In this document: in pieces, positions 38,301 through 53,300 of the stretch | Layout: every line of letters starts with the position of its first letter | Position numbering within the stretch: position 1 is the stretch's first letter | NCBI GenBank assembly: GCA_048213135.1 | Contig: PS015109.1 | Location: 140,327-195,116, forward strand | Reading direction: 5' to 3' | Origin: Reclinomonas americana ATCC 50394 | Lineage: Eukaryota | DNA length: 54,790 nt | Program-made: the position numbers and the translations under genes | Notes under the pieces: generated by a model | The model's database searches: none | What the model was told of the DNA's origin: nothing | What the model saw: only the letters and a program-made list of their open reading frames with translations

Positions 38301-41300
38301 GTCCAGCAAGGGTTGACACGTAGCCAGATGACCATCGCCGAATCTTATTGTTTCCGTTCTGCGAAGACACCAACAAAGTCGATAAGCACGCACTAGTCTC
38401 GCTACATAACCCCCACCGCCCACGCACATCGACGATAAAGAACTCCGCCGAGGCATCACACAGTTCAATGTCGATAGGACTGCAAAACGAGAAGCAAATC
38501 ATTAAGGAGAAGAAAGACGCTGACCGACAAGCACGAATCGCAACCAACGCAACGTATTCAGCGTGGCCACAGAAACGGGACCGTCAACACTACCAGCGGT
38601 GTATGGCTTCCCGACCACCGTTGTCGTGTCACCGGCGGTGGAGATCTTGCGCACGGTATGCGTGCTACATACATGCACCGAGACGTGAGAAGAGCTCAAT
38701 ATCATGAAACACGGCAAGGACACGAAGCGCAACATCGAGTCTCCAACGTAGGCGTTTCCAAGAAAGTCAACTGCAACACCCTGCACAATCCCATCGTCGA
38801 AGGAAAACACACTCATATCAGCAAATAAAGTACAATCCCGCACCAACGCGCGTAATGAACAACTGCGGCACACCGTCGGCGACTCAAACTGTGCAGAAGC
38901 ACCAGAGCCATCGACATTGCCGCCCGATGAACCCGCCAGCGATACAACAGTCGCAGGTCGGTCGAATGCGCCGGTAACTTGCGCCAACTCGAAGGCCACT
39001 GCCAGATCTAGAGGACCACCTTCGTGAACATTCACCAAGCCGTTCAAGGTGGCCGATGTGGACGACAAATTGGTGGCTGGTTGTGCAGCTATCGAGGGCG
39101 CTGTATCGACGAAATGTAGAGTGAGTTCAAACAAGACACGCAATCATACTGAAGATTAGAAGAATCCAACAAACGTACCGAGCGTCGTGAATGATAAAAG
39201 GTTTCCACGCCCAGACGAGATTGTGTCTATCAAGCGGAAAAAGTACGACGACTGGGGCAGTAGTGCTGCAAGGGAGAGAGACACTGCAGTGCTCGTCGTT
39301 CCTGTGACCGAACTCGGGGACGCCACAAGCGTACTTGGCGGCAATGAGACGCGTCGCACACATTCGCCTTGTGGCCCTGCCGACACGGATGTCGTTGGTT
39401 CGAGTAAATGAACATGCAAACACAGTGAACGCAAGTACACACCGGCGACAAGCAGACTCCAGCTCGTGGGGTCAAAGGCCACACCAGCCTGTTGACGCGC
39501 AATCGAATGAGCGAAGATGAGAAGATGCCACAAGAAGCATGTCGGCGAACGCCACTCGCGTCAAGGGAAAGATGCGCACGAGACACGACGTTGAATGCCG
39601 GAGTGAGAGAAGCCCGCAATCACAGAGAGCATAAAGGAAGAACATCCCAGCGAGCATGTGCTGCATCCCCCCGTCGTGTACCACATACCGGTTGGTTGAA
39701 TCGAGACGCCGATCCGATGCCGTCCACGGTGCTCGCTAATCCGCAAGCACCAGCAATGGTCGTCACAGCGAGAACACTAGTGATGCTGCGTATAATATCA
39801 TTCGAAGTCTGCAAGCACAAAGTGACCACATTACAAAAATGCTGATCACACTGCAAATGTTGAACGAAGAAAAAAACGTGCAAACAAGGGCGCAACATCG
39901 GCAACATATATAGTGCTCGTCACCGCATCAACCGACACCGACTGTGGGGACATAAACCGAGCGGCTGTGGCCGTTCCATCCAGGCACCCACTGGTCCCAG
40001 ACAACCCGGCATATGTGGTAACGGTCATCCCAGCGAGCGCAATCCTCCGAATGGAATGATTCCCCTGATCGGCAACATACAGGAAACCGCGACCAACATC
40101 CAATGCCAGTCCGGTCGGATTGTTGAAGGAGGCAGCCAATCCCTGCGCGTCAACAGTGCCGGCGCTGCCGGACATTCCCGACACAGTGGTCACTGAGCCG
40201 CTGTACGTTACACGGCTACAAACAAAAAGAAGCAGACAAATAACGGTGAGCGACTTCCGCAATGTACTCGCAGTAGCAAAACTTTGCTTCTGCAGTCTCA
40301 CCGAATCGTGTGATTGCCCGAGTCGCTGACGTACATAAACGCGGAGTTTGTGTCGACCGCAATGCCGGAAGGTTGGTTGAACAGGGCGGAACTCCCCGGA
40401 CCGTCAACACTGCCAGCAGTGGAACCAGCCAGTGTGGAGACGTAACCGGAGGAGATCTTGCGGATCGCATGGTTCAGGGTCTACAACAAGCAAAGTGTCA
40501 GCAATGGAGACGAGGACAACAGTTGACTAACAGGAGGCCACCCACCGACGCGACGTACAGGTCGCCGTTCACCAAGTCACATCCAACATCAGAGGGGCTA
40601 AGAAGCGAGATGAGTAGTGAATGCCGTAAATGATACGCGCAGGGGAACGAAACGAGTTGAAAGTGGCTACAGAGATCGGGCCGTTAACGAATCCGCTGGT
40701 CCCAGCCAGACCCGCCACAGTGCTCACGACGCCTGCTGCGGTGACCTTGCGGATGGTGTGCGATCTGGAAAAAACGAGAGATACATGAGCAAAAGAGTAT
40801 GAAGCAGAAAAAGGAGATTGACGAAAGCGCACCCTTTCTCGGCAACAAAAGCAGTGCCAGAAACATCAATGCACATGCGCTGTGCGAGACAACAGGATCG
40901 TGAGATAGACCCGCGCATCACAGCAATTGATCCAAGAACCGATGAATGCAACGCACAGCCAATGCCGAGAACCGAACAGCCGTGCCGACGCCGTCTACGG
41001 TGCCACTGGCACCAGTGGCGCCGGCCAGTGTAGAGACAGTCGCCGGCGCACCAAACAAGCTTACCGAACGCGCCACCTCGAATACAGTGTTGGTCGTCGC
41101 CCCAGTGGCATTTGGGTTCACCTGTCCACGAAGAGTCGCAGTACTCGCGGTAGCGTCAGTGACAGCCGATGTTGTCACCAGAGGCACTGAGAACACGAGG
41201 CACTGCACGTCAAGCAAAGATCACAGGCGCAACGCACGTGCATATTATGCGACGAACCGACAGGCGTCTGGAACGCACGCACTCCACTCCGCTGCAGTGT

Positions 41301-44300
41301 CACACTGTCCACAAATCGGAAAAAGTACGTGACCGACGGCATCAGATTCGTCAGCGACAAGGACACGTTGACTGCCATGGTTCCCGTCGCCGTCGCCGGT
41401 GATCCCGTGATCGACGCAGGTGGAACAACAATTTTACGAATCGTGTTGTTTCCCGTGTCTGTGCACACACGCATGAAGGGAAACGCACACAAATCCAAAA
41501 GAACGTGAGTTGAGATACCAGAGAGTGCAAAGACTTCTCTCTCTCGCACACGCACCTGCAACAAACAACCCGCCGCGGAATCGATCAACAACAACCCCTT
41601 GCTGCGCAAGCATCCAATACAAAATGAGACTTCTTCACACGAGAAAGAATAGACACGCTAAGCACACACACGCACACGCTAAGCACACACACACACACAA
41701 ACATACAAACACAGAGAGAGAGAGAGGGAAAGTAGCGCGCACACTCACCGGGATGTTGAACCGAGCAATCACCGCAAGTNNNNNNNNNNNNNNNNNNNNN
41801 NNNNNNNNNNNNNNNNNNNNNNNNNNNNNNNNNNNNNNNNNNNNNNNNNNNNNNNNNNNNNNNNCCATCCGCCGACCCACTGCTCCCCGCAACACCAGCA
41901 ATCGTCGTCACCGCACCTGCCGCACTCACTTGTCGAATGTGTTGTCCCTGCACAACCAACAGCAAGCGACAGGAGGGGAATAAAAGCACAGTGGGTGAGT
42001 GAATAACAGCAGTCCGCAGTTCAGATTTTCGCCGACACACACACGCAACATCGGCAACATAAATCACATTCGCCACCGGATCCACACCGACACCAAACGG
42101 TCGATTGAAATGCGCACTCACTCCCGTGCCATCACTCGTACCCGTAACACCAAGCTCGCCCGCCAGAGCCGTCACAGTCGACGTCGCAAGCACAATCTTG
42201 CGCACCGCAAAGTTGCTCGAATCCGCCACATACAGCGCACCACGCCCATCCAGCGCCACATCGGTCGGGAAATTGAACCTCGCTGCAGACCCGACTCCAT
42301 CAATCAGTCCAGCCGTCCCGAGTGTACCAGCTACAGTTGTCGCGATGCCACTGAATGACACACGTCTGTGCGCACACACGGGTTGGGTGAGTCATCTTAC
42401 TCCATGATGCAACAAGGCATGCAAGACAATGCAACTCACCGCACACTGTGATTCTGATACTCGGCAACATACATGCACTCAGCTGCGCTGTCCACCGCCA
42501 GACCGCGCGGTCCATTGAACCGTACGGCGCTACCAATACCATTCACAGCGCCCGCACTGCCGTTGCCAGCCACAGTCGACACTGTGCTGCCAGACACTTT
42601 GCGAAGCACATGATTCGAGTCCTGCACATCACACACATACAGACGCCAGCTTAGACCATGGCCACCACGCACTACTTTTTCTCTCCTTCTCTCATAGCAC
42701 ACATGCATGTCATGGAACACGTGGACATCACCTCCACCGCATTATTTCTCTCTCTCTCTCTTCCATTCATCCTCACGTATCAACGCACCTCGCTGAAGTA
42801 CAGATCGCCCGTTGCCAGATTGATGTCGATGCCGTATGGACTGCAAGACGACGAAAAGACCCAAATGAGACGACGTGCGCACAAGCACACCACAACCAGC
42901 ATCGGCTCAACTCAGCTCGAGCAACGCAACTTATTCAGCAAGGCCGATGACACCGCACCGTCAGTGTATCCAGAAGTACCAGCCTGTCCGACGAGCGTGC
43001 TTACCGCACCCGCCGTATTGATTTTGCGAATCGTGTGTCCGCCGCTGCACAACAAGAAAGAGAGAAAGACAATGAGTAACAGTGAAACGATGCACCGAAT
43101 GCAAACGGCAACGCGGTTGTGGAGGTACACGCAACGTTGCCACATACACGTTGAACGATGCATCGATGCACAGATTCTGTCGCAGTAAAACACATGTGAG
43201 CAGAGTCGATAACAATCGCATCCACACCACAAACAAACACAGGAGACATCAAACCGTCGGCGACACGAATCTCGCCGCACCACCCGCGCCATCCGTGTTT
43301 CCACTCATGCCAGCTGTGCCAGCCAAAGTCGACACACTCAATGCAGATCCGAAGGCGTCTTGCGAGAATGAAAGCTCAAACACATTGCTGGTGGTGACAC
43401 CGACGTCATTTGGGTTCACAGTGGCGGGGAGCGTGGCCGTGGTGGACAGAATGCTTGTCGCCGCTGCCGAGGTGACGGTCGGCGCTGTGGTTGAAAACGT
43501 GAGGCAGGCAGTTGAGGTTGTCACAAAGAAAAATACAGAATGACAGACACACCTTGCAGAGTGGCAAACTGCTGCACCGCACCGTGCTGACCAGTGACGC
43601 TGTCTATGGCTCGATAATAGTATGTGATAGACGGCCGCAACCACGCGACATTGGCCGTAATGCTGTTGGTGCTGCTACCTGAGGAGCTGGCCGGACTCGC
43701 TGCGATGACAGAAGGCGGCAGCGATACTCGACGCACAAGTTGGTTGCCAAAGTCTGTGAACCTCAAGGGCGTGAGACTCGAGCAAACACACAGAAATGGA
43801 AGCCGTTATCAACCGGAAAGAAGAAAAGCGAGGAGACATCATCATCATGACATGGTTCTGGCACCAACATCTCCCTCTCTCCACACTTTCGACGCGAGGT
43901 TTCTAACCTGCCAAAACCAGTCCGCCATTAACAAAGTCAATCGCCATGCCATACTGCATNNNNNNNNNNNNNNNNNNNNNNNNNNNNNNNNNNNNNNNNN
44001 NNNNNNNNNNNNNNNNNNNNNNNNNNNNNNNNNNNNNNNNNNNNNNNNNNNNNNNNNNNNNNNNNNNNNNNNNNNNNNNNNNNNNNNNNNNNNNNNNNNN
44101 NNNNNNNNNNNNNNNNNNNNNNNNNNNNNNNNNNNNNNNNNNNNNNNNNNNNNNNNNNNNNNNNNNNNNNNNNNNNNNNNNNNNNNNNNNNNNNNNNNNN
44201 NNNNNNNNNNNNNNNNNNNNNNNNNNNNNNNNNNNNNNNNNNNNNNNNNNNNNNNNNNNNNNNNNNNNNNNNNNNNNNNNNNNNNNNNNNNNNNNNNNNN

Positions 44301-47300
44301 NNNNNNNNNNNNNNNNNNNNNNNNNNNNNNNNNNNNNNNNNNNNNNNNNNNNNNNNNNNNNNNNNNNNNNNNNNNNNNNNNNNNNNNNNNNNNNNNNNNN
44401 NNNNNNNNNNNNNNNNNNNNNNNNNNNNNNNNNNNNNNNNNNNNNNNNNNNNNNNNNNNNNNNNNNNCCACAACAAATTCAGCAGCATGCACAAGCAATC
44501 CAAAACAAGGCATACAAGGCACAAACCGGGTGATTCAGCGTGGCCACCGACGATGATCCATCAGTAGATCCCGCCACACTGACTAACCCAATCAGAGTCG
44601 AGACTGCGCCACTCGAGATGGAGATTTGTCGCACGGTGTAATTGTTAATCTGCAAAAAAAGGCAAAAGGTTAAGTCCGATCATCAACAACTTGAAAAATA
44701 CAAACTGCTCAAGGAAACCCAACGTCGGTGACATAGAGCACGCCGAGTACAGGATCGAGAGCCAGTCCAGATGGTCCACTAAAGCGGGCCGCAGATGCCG
44801 TGCCGTCAGCGACACCGGCAGACGACCCAGCAACACCGGCCAGCGTCGACACTGCCAGAGTAGCCAGATCGACACGACGAATGGCGTTGTTTTCGTAATC
44901 TGCAACAAAGAGCACTCCGCCGGTAGTGTCGAGGGCAACGCCTATCGGGGCACGGAAACGGGCAGCACTGCCAACGCCATCAGCACTGCCAGCGTTGCCG
45001 GCGGAGCCCACGAGAGTTGTAACAACGCCAATCGACGAAACGCGACTGTAACACGGCTATCAGCTTGCAAGAGAGGAAAACAAGGAGAGTACATGTCCAC
45101 AAAAAAGAACGGTACATGAACTTGGAATATCTGTGATGCACTGAAGCACGCACAACGCACACTCGTATTCCCTCGTGTCGACAGAATAAGAGACCAGCAC
45201 ACTCACCGAATGCACTGGTTTAAATACTCAGGCACATACACGGCCCCTGACACTGACGACACTGCCAGGCCAGCAGGGCTGTGGAACGATGCAGACGCAC
45301 CAGTGCCGTCCGCGCTGCCGGCGACGCCTGAGCCGGCGAGAGTCGACACGATACCAGATGAAATCACTCGAATTGTGTTGTTGCCGTCCTGTGCAGCATT
45401 AAGTGAATGCAATGCCCGCGGATAATATAATACTCCTTGTTGCACAAACCTCAGAGACAAACACGGTACCAGAAGAGTCAATGGCAATTCCACGAGGCCT
45501 GGTGCACAAGAATACATGAGGTGCAATGATACAAGGAGCAATGAGGTCTACCGAGCTCAAAGAAACGAACTTTGAGAACAATGCGACCGATGTGGAGCCG
45601 TTCACCAACCCAGACATCCCAGCTTGTCCAGCAATCGTGCTGACCACGCCCGCATAGGCGACTCGGCGAATCATGTGATTGCTTGAGAGAGAGAGAGAGA
45701 GTCAGCAACACAAACGCGATAGGAGTCAAGCAGAACGTGCGCACTTATAGTCTGTGACGAGCATGTCGCCATTCACATCCTGAGCAACGCCCTATGCGGA
45801 GAAAGAGAATAAAATGAGACGATGCTTGGAAACGAAAACGACACTCAAAAAGAATAACCCAAAGGTCGTTGAATCGTGCAGATGATCCAGTGCCGTCTGC
45901 AGAACCACCCATTCCGGCACTGCCAGCCACAGTTGTAACAGTGATTTGACTGCCGAATGCCAACATGCTGACCGCCAACTCAAATGTGTTGCCTGTGGAC
46001 GGTGCGCCCTGCGCATTGACCTGACCCGCCAGTGTCACCGACGACGATAGCACGTTGCTTGCCGCCATTGTCGTTACCGTCGGTGCTGGAAGGATAGAAT
46101 GTGTAAGGATATAATACTACGAAGCGCAGGTGCACAATGCATAGAGAAACCCGACACATATTCACAGCGAGAAGAAATAGATTCACAAATCAGCGCACCT
46201 GGAGATGTTTGGAACGCACGCACTCCACTCCGTTGCAGCGTCACACTGTCCACAAATCGGAAAAAGTACGTGACCGACGGCATCAGATTCGTCAGCGACA
46301 AGGACACGTTGACTGCCATGGTTCCCGTCGCCGTCGCCGGTGATCCCGTGATCGACGCAGGTGAAACAACAATTTTACGAATCGTGTTGTTTCCCGTGTC
46401 TGTGCACACACGCAAGAAGGGAAGCACACACAAATCCAAAAAACGTGAGATGAGATACCAGAGGGTGCTGAGACTTCTCTCTCATAAGCACACGCACCTG
46501 CAACAAACAATCCGCCGCGGAATCGATCAACAACAACCCCTTGCTGCACAATCATCAAAAGCAATGAGCCGTCTGCAACACGAGAAAGAATAGACACGCT
46601 AAGNNNNNNNNNNNNNNNNNNNNNNNNNNNNNNNNNNNNNNNNNNNNNNNNNNNNNNNNNNNNNNNNNNNNNNNNNNNNNNNNNNNNNNNNNNNNNNNNN
46701 NNNNNNNNNNNNNNNNNNNNNNNNNNNNNNNNNNNNNNNNNNNNNNNNNNNNNNNNNNNNNNNNNNNNNNNNNNNNNNNNNNNNNAACACACAAACACAC
46801 AGAGAGAGAGGGAGAAAGAGAGAGAGTAGTGCGCACACTCACCGGGATGTTGAACCGAGCAATCACCGCAAGTCCATCCGCCGACCCACTGCTCCCCGCA
46901 ACACCTGCAATAGTCGTCACCGCACCTGCCGCACTCACTTGTCGAATGTGTTGTCCCTGCACAACCAACAGCAAGCGACAGGAGGGGAATAAAAGCACAG
47001 TGGGTGAGTGAAGAACAGCAGTCCGCAGTTCAGATTTTCGCAGACACACACACGCAACATCGGCAACATAAATCACATTCGCCACCGGATCCACACCGAC
47101 ACCAAACGGTCGATTGAAATGCGCACTCACTCCCGTGCCATCACTCGTACCCGTAACACCAAGCTCGCCCGCCAGAGTCGTCACAGTCGACGTCGCAAGC
47201 ACAATCTTGCGCACCGCAAAGTTGCTCGAATCCGCCACATACAGCGCACCACGCCCATCCAGCGCCACATCGGTCGGGAAATTGAACCTCGCTGCAGACC

Positions 47301-50300
47301 CGACTCCATCAATCAGTCCAGCCGTCCCGAGTGTACCAGCTACAGTTGTCGCGATGCCGCTGAATGACACACGTCTGTGCGCACACACGGGTTGGGTGAG
47401 TCATCTTACTCCATGATGCAACAAGGCATGCAAGACAATGCAACTCACCGCACACTGTGATTCTGATACTCGGCAACATACACGCACTCAGCTGCGCTGT
47501 CCACCGCCAGACCGCGCGGTCCATTGAACCGTACGGCGCTACCAATACCATTCACAGCGCCCGCACTGCCATTGCCAGCCACAGTCGACACTGTGCTGCC
47601 AGACACGTTGCGAAGTACATGATTCGAATCCTGCATACCAAACGCACGCACAAGCCACTTTAGACATTGCCATCACGCGCGCTCTTTCTCTCTCTCTCCT
47701 TCTCTTACACCACACACACGCGCATGTCACAGAACACGTGGACATCAACGCAGCGACATCACTTCTCTCTCTCTCTCTCTATCTCTCTCTCCCTCCTCTC
47801 TCTCTCTCACTCTCTCTCTCTCCTTCACCCTTCATCATATGTCCACACACCTCGCTAAAGTACAGATCGCCTGTTGCCAGATTGATGTCGATGCCGTATG
47901 GACTGCAAGACAAAGAAAAGACCCAAATGAGACGACTTGCAGCCAAGCACACAACCACCAGCTCAGCTCAGCACAGCCCCAGCATAGCGCAACTTATTCA
48001 GCAAGGCCGACGACACTGCACCGTCAGTATATCCAGAAGTACCAGCCTGTCCGACAAGCGTGCTCACCGCACCCGACGAATTGATCTTGCGAATCGTGTG
48101 CCCACCGCTGCATAACAGCAGAGAGAGAGAGAGAAAGACGATGAGTAACAGTGAATCGATGCACAGAATGCAAATGACAACGCAGTTGTACACGAAACGT
48201 TGCCACATACACGTTGAACGATGCATCAATGCACAGATTCTGTCGCGGAAAGACACGTGTGAGGAGTCGGTAACAATCGCATCCACACCACAAGAAAATA
48301 CGGGAGACATCAAACCGTCGGTGACACGAATCGCGCCGCACCACCCGTGCCGTCCGTGCTTCCACTCATGCCCGCCGTGCCAGCCACAGTCGACACACTC
48401 ACAGACAACCCGAAGGCGTCTTGCGTGAATGCAAGCTCAAACACATTGTTGGTGGTGACACCAGCACCGTTCGGGTTCACAGTAGCGGGGAGCGTGGCGG
48501 TGGTGGATAGAATGTTTGTCGCCGATGCCGAGGTGACGGTCGGCGCTGCGGAAAAAGGAACACCGGGGTATGAGTGAAACCAAATCCCTGGTGGCAGAAT
48601 CCGCGAGCTGGCTATTACCTTGAACGGTGAACGAGAGAATCGAGCCCCGAATAGAGGTCGACGAATCGACAGCTCTGTAGTAGTACGTGGCACCACTGAC
48701 AAGCGGGGTAACAGTAGCGCTGACGCTTGTATCCGTCGTTCCAGTTGCACTGGAGGGCGAGCCTGTAATCGACGACGGTGGCAGGCTGAGACGGCGAATG
48801 ACGTGGTTATTGGAATCTGCGGGTACAGAATCGCGATGAATCACAAGCACAGAACACAAGCCAGCATAGACCGACGACAACCCACCTGCAATAAGGAGTC
48901 CATTGGCTCGCACGTCAAACGCCAAGCCTTGCTGCATCGTCAAGGAGATGAGATTTGGCAGAGTGTTAGCGACACTTGCAAGTCGACACGATCGAGCACA
49001 GCAACGAAACTGGCGAGTAGAACAACGGATTGGTTCCCTGTGTAAGACCATGGGTTCCGGCAGTTCCCGCAATGGAACTCACTGATCCGGTCGACGGCAC
49101 AATGCGGCGGATTGTGTGACTCGCAGACTACATGAGGAGACACAACAAGATCAGCACCCAAGCACATGCAACATCCAACACAGGCACATCCTCGACCCGC
49201 CACGAAACATCCGCCACATACAGCACTGAAGCCACCAAATCAACTGCTATTCCGACAGGAGTGCTGAACGACGCTCCTGCGCCAACTCCATCGCTGCTCC
49301 CACTATTGCCGTTTGAAAGGCCAGCGACCGTTGTAACAGCCAGCGTCGACAAGTTGACCTGGCGAATGGCGTTGTTGCCACCGTCCGACACATACAACAC
49401 GCCTCGCCGGTGATCTAGAGCCACTCCAGACGGTGATCTCAGTCGCGCAGCCGCACCAATGCCGTTGACGAATCCAGGCTGACCAGCAAGACCGACCAGC
49501 GATGTGAGAGTGCCACCAAAGGACACTCGGCTGTGTACAAGGATTGAACACGCAGAAAGCCGGCAGCACAAACAAGCATACATACAGCAGGGTCATCAGC
49601 CAACACTAGCCACGTTTGAGACTTGAACAACGACATGACGACATACGCACACGACAACATGGTTTGACGAGGCTGCGACAAATATGCACTCGCTATTGAC
49701 ATCCACGGCCGTGCCACATGGTTGCGACAATCTTGCTGCGGTACCGACACCTTCGGCGAATCCCGACATTCCGTTGCCGACCAAGGTGGTGAGCGTTGCG
49801 CCGGTAAGCTCGCGCACTACGTGATTGGAGCTCTGGATACGCCGACATGATACGAGAAGCAAGGAGTGGTAAAATGAGGAAAAAGGATGCAGCACACATT
49901 GACATGAGGGTGGGTGCGTTTTGTTCTCACCTCACTAATGTACACAGAGCCTGTCTGAGAATTGACGTCGAGTCCGCATGGTCTGCAAGGCAGAAGTGCG
50001 TAAGACGATCGGCACTTCGAAAGGAACGTATCAAAGTGTGGCGCACGTGTTCATGAGCGACGACAATGCTGGACCGGAAGTGTAGCCACTCATGTTTGAC
50101 TGCCCGGCAATGGTTGTCACCTGACCGGCTGCGGAAATGCTGCGAACTGTATGTGCTCTGCATTGTTTCAAGAGAACGCATCAGAGATGAAGGCAGAGGG
50201 AGCAATGTCGCACTGACAATGATGAGGAGACACGAAACAAGCTATTGGCGGCGTACGTGACGCCAGCCGTGTCCGTACACACGCCCTGTCGACAGCAGAA

Positions 50301-53300
50301 TCAACCTTCAGCGCCGGAACGCTCACAACGAGAACACAGCAATCGACGCACATAAGGGCTGTAAAATGTGGCAGCGGTTCCGAGACCATCAACGGAACCA
50401 CCTGGTGCGCCAAATTGACCGGCGAATGTGGACGCAGAAACCGGAGCTCCAAACGCCGCCATTGTGGTGCTCACTTCGAACACGTTACCAGTGGTATTAT
50501 CCGGATCGCCAGCGTTAACTGTTGAGTTTACAGTCGCTGACACCGACGACAGGCTGGACACCGCATTGGTTGTCACCGTAGACGCTAAAAAGATGTTTAG
50601 CGTGTATCAGAAATCAGGCCAAGTGAGAGAAATCTCTCGCGAAAGAAATGTAAATACCTGCCAGCGTTGCAAATGACTGCGTCAGGCCACGGACAGCAGA
50701 GACCGTGTCGGTCACCCTGTAATAGTATGTGGTTGCAGGCAGCAGCTGCAACACCGTGGCTGTAATAGCGGCGTTGGTGTTGCCGGTAACCGGTGATGGC
50801 GCGCCAGGAACGGAGAACGTGCCGAGTGCAATACGGCGGATTGTGAAGTTCGTGACCTCTGTGGAGACAAAATTATGTACGTGCACAGCGCGATGCAAAG
50901 AGTGGAAAACTACCGCATACCAGACACGACAAGATACCGGTTCGACGAATTCAAGGCAAGCCCGACCTGCACATGGTGGCGACACGCAATGAAAATGGGT
51001 ACAACAGCGCGTGCTGAACACGTTTCGAAACAGACGTACCGGCCCGTTGAGGCGCGCATTGCTTCCCAGCCCGTTTGCATACGCGCCAGCACCCGCAGAG
51101 CCCATCACAGTCGTCACTTGTCCAGCAGCAGTGACTTGCCGTATGGTGTGATTGGCAGTCTGTAATGCATACGCAAGTGAACCCAAGAGGAAGCATGACT
51201 GCAGTGCGCCTCCGCATGTATGTGTGTGCCAACTCGCGAATCACGGACGCAACGTCGGAAACGTACAGTAGATTGGCCAGCACATCGACCACCACCGACT
51301 GCGGCGCACTAAACGAGGCCGCCGACCCGAGACCGTCGTTACTGCCAGGCGTTCCAGCAACGCCGGCGATGGTAGTCAACGTGGTCGTTGACAAAACGAG
51401 CTTGCGCAGCACATGGCTGCCACTGTCGACATGATAGAGGATCGCACGACCAGAATCGAGAGCGAGACCCGCCGGCAGATTCAGTCGGGCAGAGCTACCC
51501 ACACCGTCCTGAATGCCTTGCACGCCAAACGATCCCACCAAGACGGCAGTCAATCCAGAGTAGAATACGCGACTGTTGGCGCCACAAGTAAGCAAATAAC
51601 TGGACAAATGCGGGAGACAAACAAGAGAAGGAAAAGAGGGATTGTAATGCAGAGTGAAAGAGAGAAAGAGAGAGACTTCTACTCTCCCACATGATACGCA
51701 CCGAATGACGCGATTAGTAGAATCCGACACATACATGACTTGTGCGACTGCGTCCACGGCAATGGCGACGGGCGACGCGAATTTCGCCGCAGTACCAATA
51801 CCATCCACAGTGCCACTCGTGCCACCCACAAAAGTCGACACGGTGCCTCCCGACACTTTGCGAATGGCGACATTCAACACCTGTGTCACAGAATTCTATC
51901 AGCACCGCACATCACTGAAAAGGGACACTCGTCGCCCACGAACATCGCAAACATACAGCGCGCCAGTTTGCACATCACAGCCAACATCAGAAGGGCTACA
52001 TGAGTGACAGGAGGGAGATGAGTGGCAATGCATTTCAAATATATAACCTACTTGAGACAACAGACCTGTTGAAAGTTGCAGTTGTCGATGACCCGTCGGT
52101 GAATCCGGTAGTACCGGCGATACCAGCCACCGTGCTCACCACTCCCGACTCCGTAACCCTTCGAATCACATGGGCACTGTGTCGTGTGCGCGAAATTAGC
52201 AAAAAAACGGAGAGAGAATTAGAAAACTCGGTGGTGACTCATGCAACGCCGACCTCTTGTCAGCCAACACAGCTGCGCCTGTCGACTCGATGCACATGCG
52301 CTGGAAGGGAGGAGNNNNNNNNNNNNNNNNNNNNNNNNNNNNNNNNNNNNNNNNNNNNNNNNNNNNNNNNNNNNNNNNNNNNNNNNNNNNNNNNNNNNNN
52401 NNNNNNNNNNNNNNNNNNNNNNNNNNNNNNNNNNNNNNNNNNNNNNNNNNNNNNNNNNNNNNNNNNNNNNNNNNNNNNNNNNNNNNNNNNNNNNNNNNNN
52501 NNNNNNNNNNNNNNNNNNNNNNNNNNNNNNNNNNNNNNNNNNNNNNNNNNNNNNNNNNNNNNNNNNNNNNNNNNNNNNNNNNNNNNNNNNNNNNNNNNNN
52601 NNNNNNNNNNNNNNNNNNNNNNNNNNNNNNNNNNNNNNNNNNNNNNNNNNNNNNNNNNNNNNNNNNNNNNNNNNNNNNNNNNNNNNNNNNNNNNNNNNNN
52701 NNNNNNNNNNNNNNNNNNNNNNNNNNNNNNNNNNNNNNNNNNNNNNNNNNNNNNNNNNNNNNNNNNNNNNNNNNNNNNNNNNNNNNNNNNNNNNNNNNNN
52801 NNNNAGAGAGAGAGAGAGACGATCGGTAATGGATAAGGAACAAAACATGCAGCGAACAATAAAATGATCAAAACGACACACCTGCGGGGCAGTGAACGTG
52901 GCAGCCGATCCAGTGCCGTCCGCGTTGCCAGAAACTCCCAGAGAGCCAGCCAGCAAGGAGGCCGATATGGCGGAATCGAATTGCGACAACGAGGTGCCGA
53001 CATCGAACGAACCCTGAACACCTGCGCCATTCTTGGCATTCACCAACGCCAGTAGAATGACCGAGGATTGAGTCACCGAAATCGACACGCCAGTGGTGAC
53101 AACAGGAGCTGTTCAGTACGACAGAGGCACCAATGTCAACGATTCTTTTCAGCAGCGCAAACGGGAGTAGCACAATTGTACCTTGCAGTGTGGTGAGCGA
53201 CTGCACAGCACCGTGCTGACCAGTGATGCTATCAATGGCTCGGTAGTAGTACGTGGTTGACGGCCGCAACCACGAGACATTGGCTGTGATGTTGATGGTG

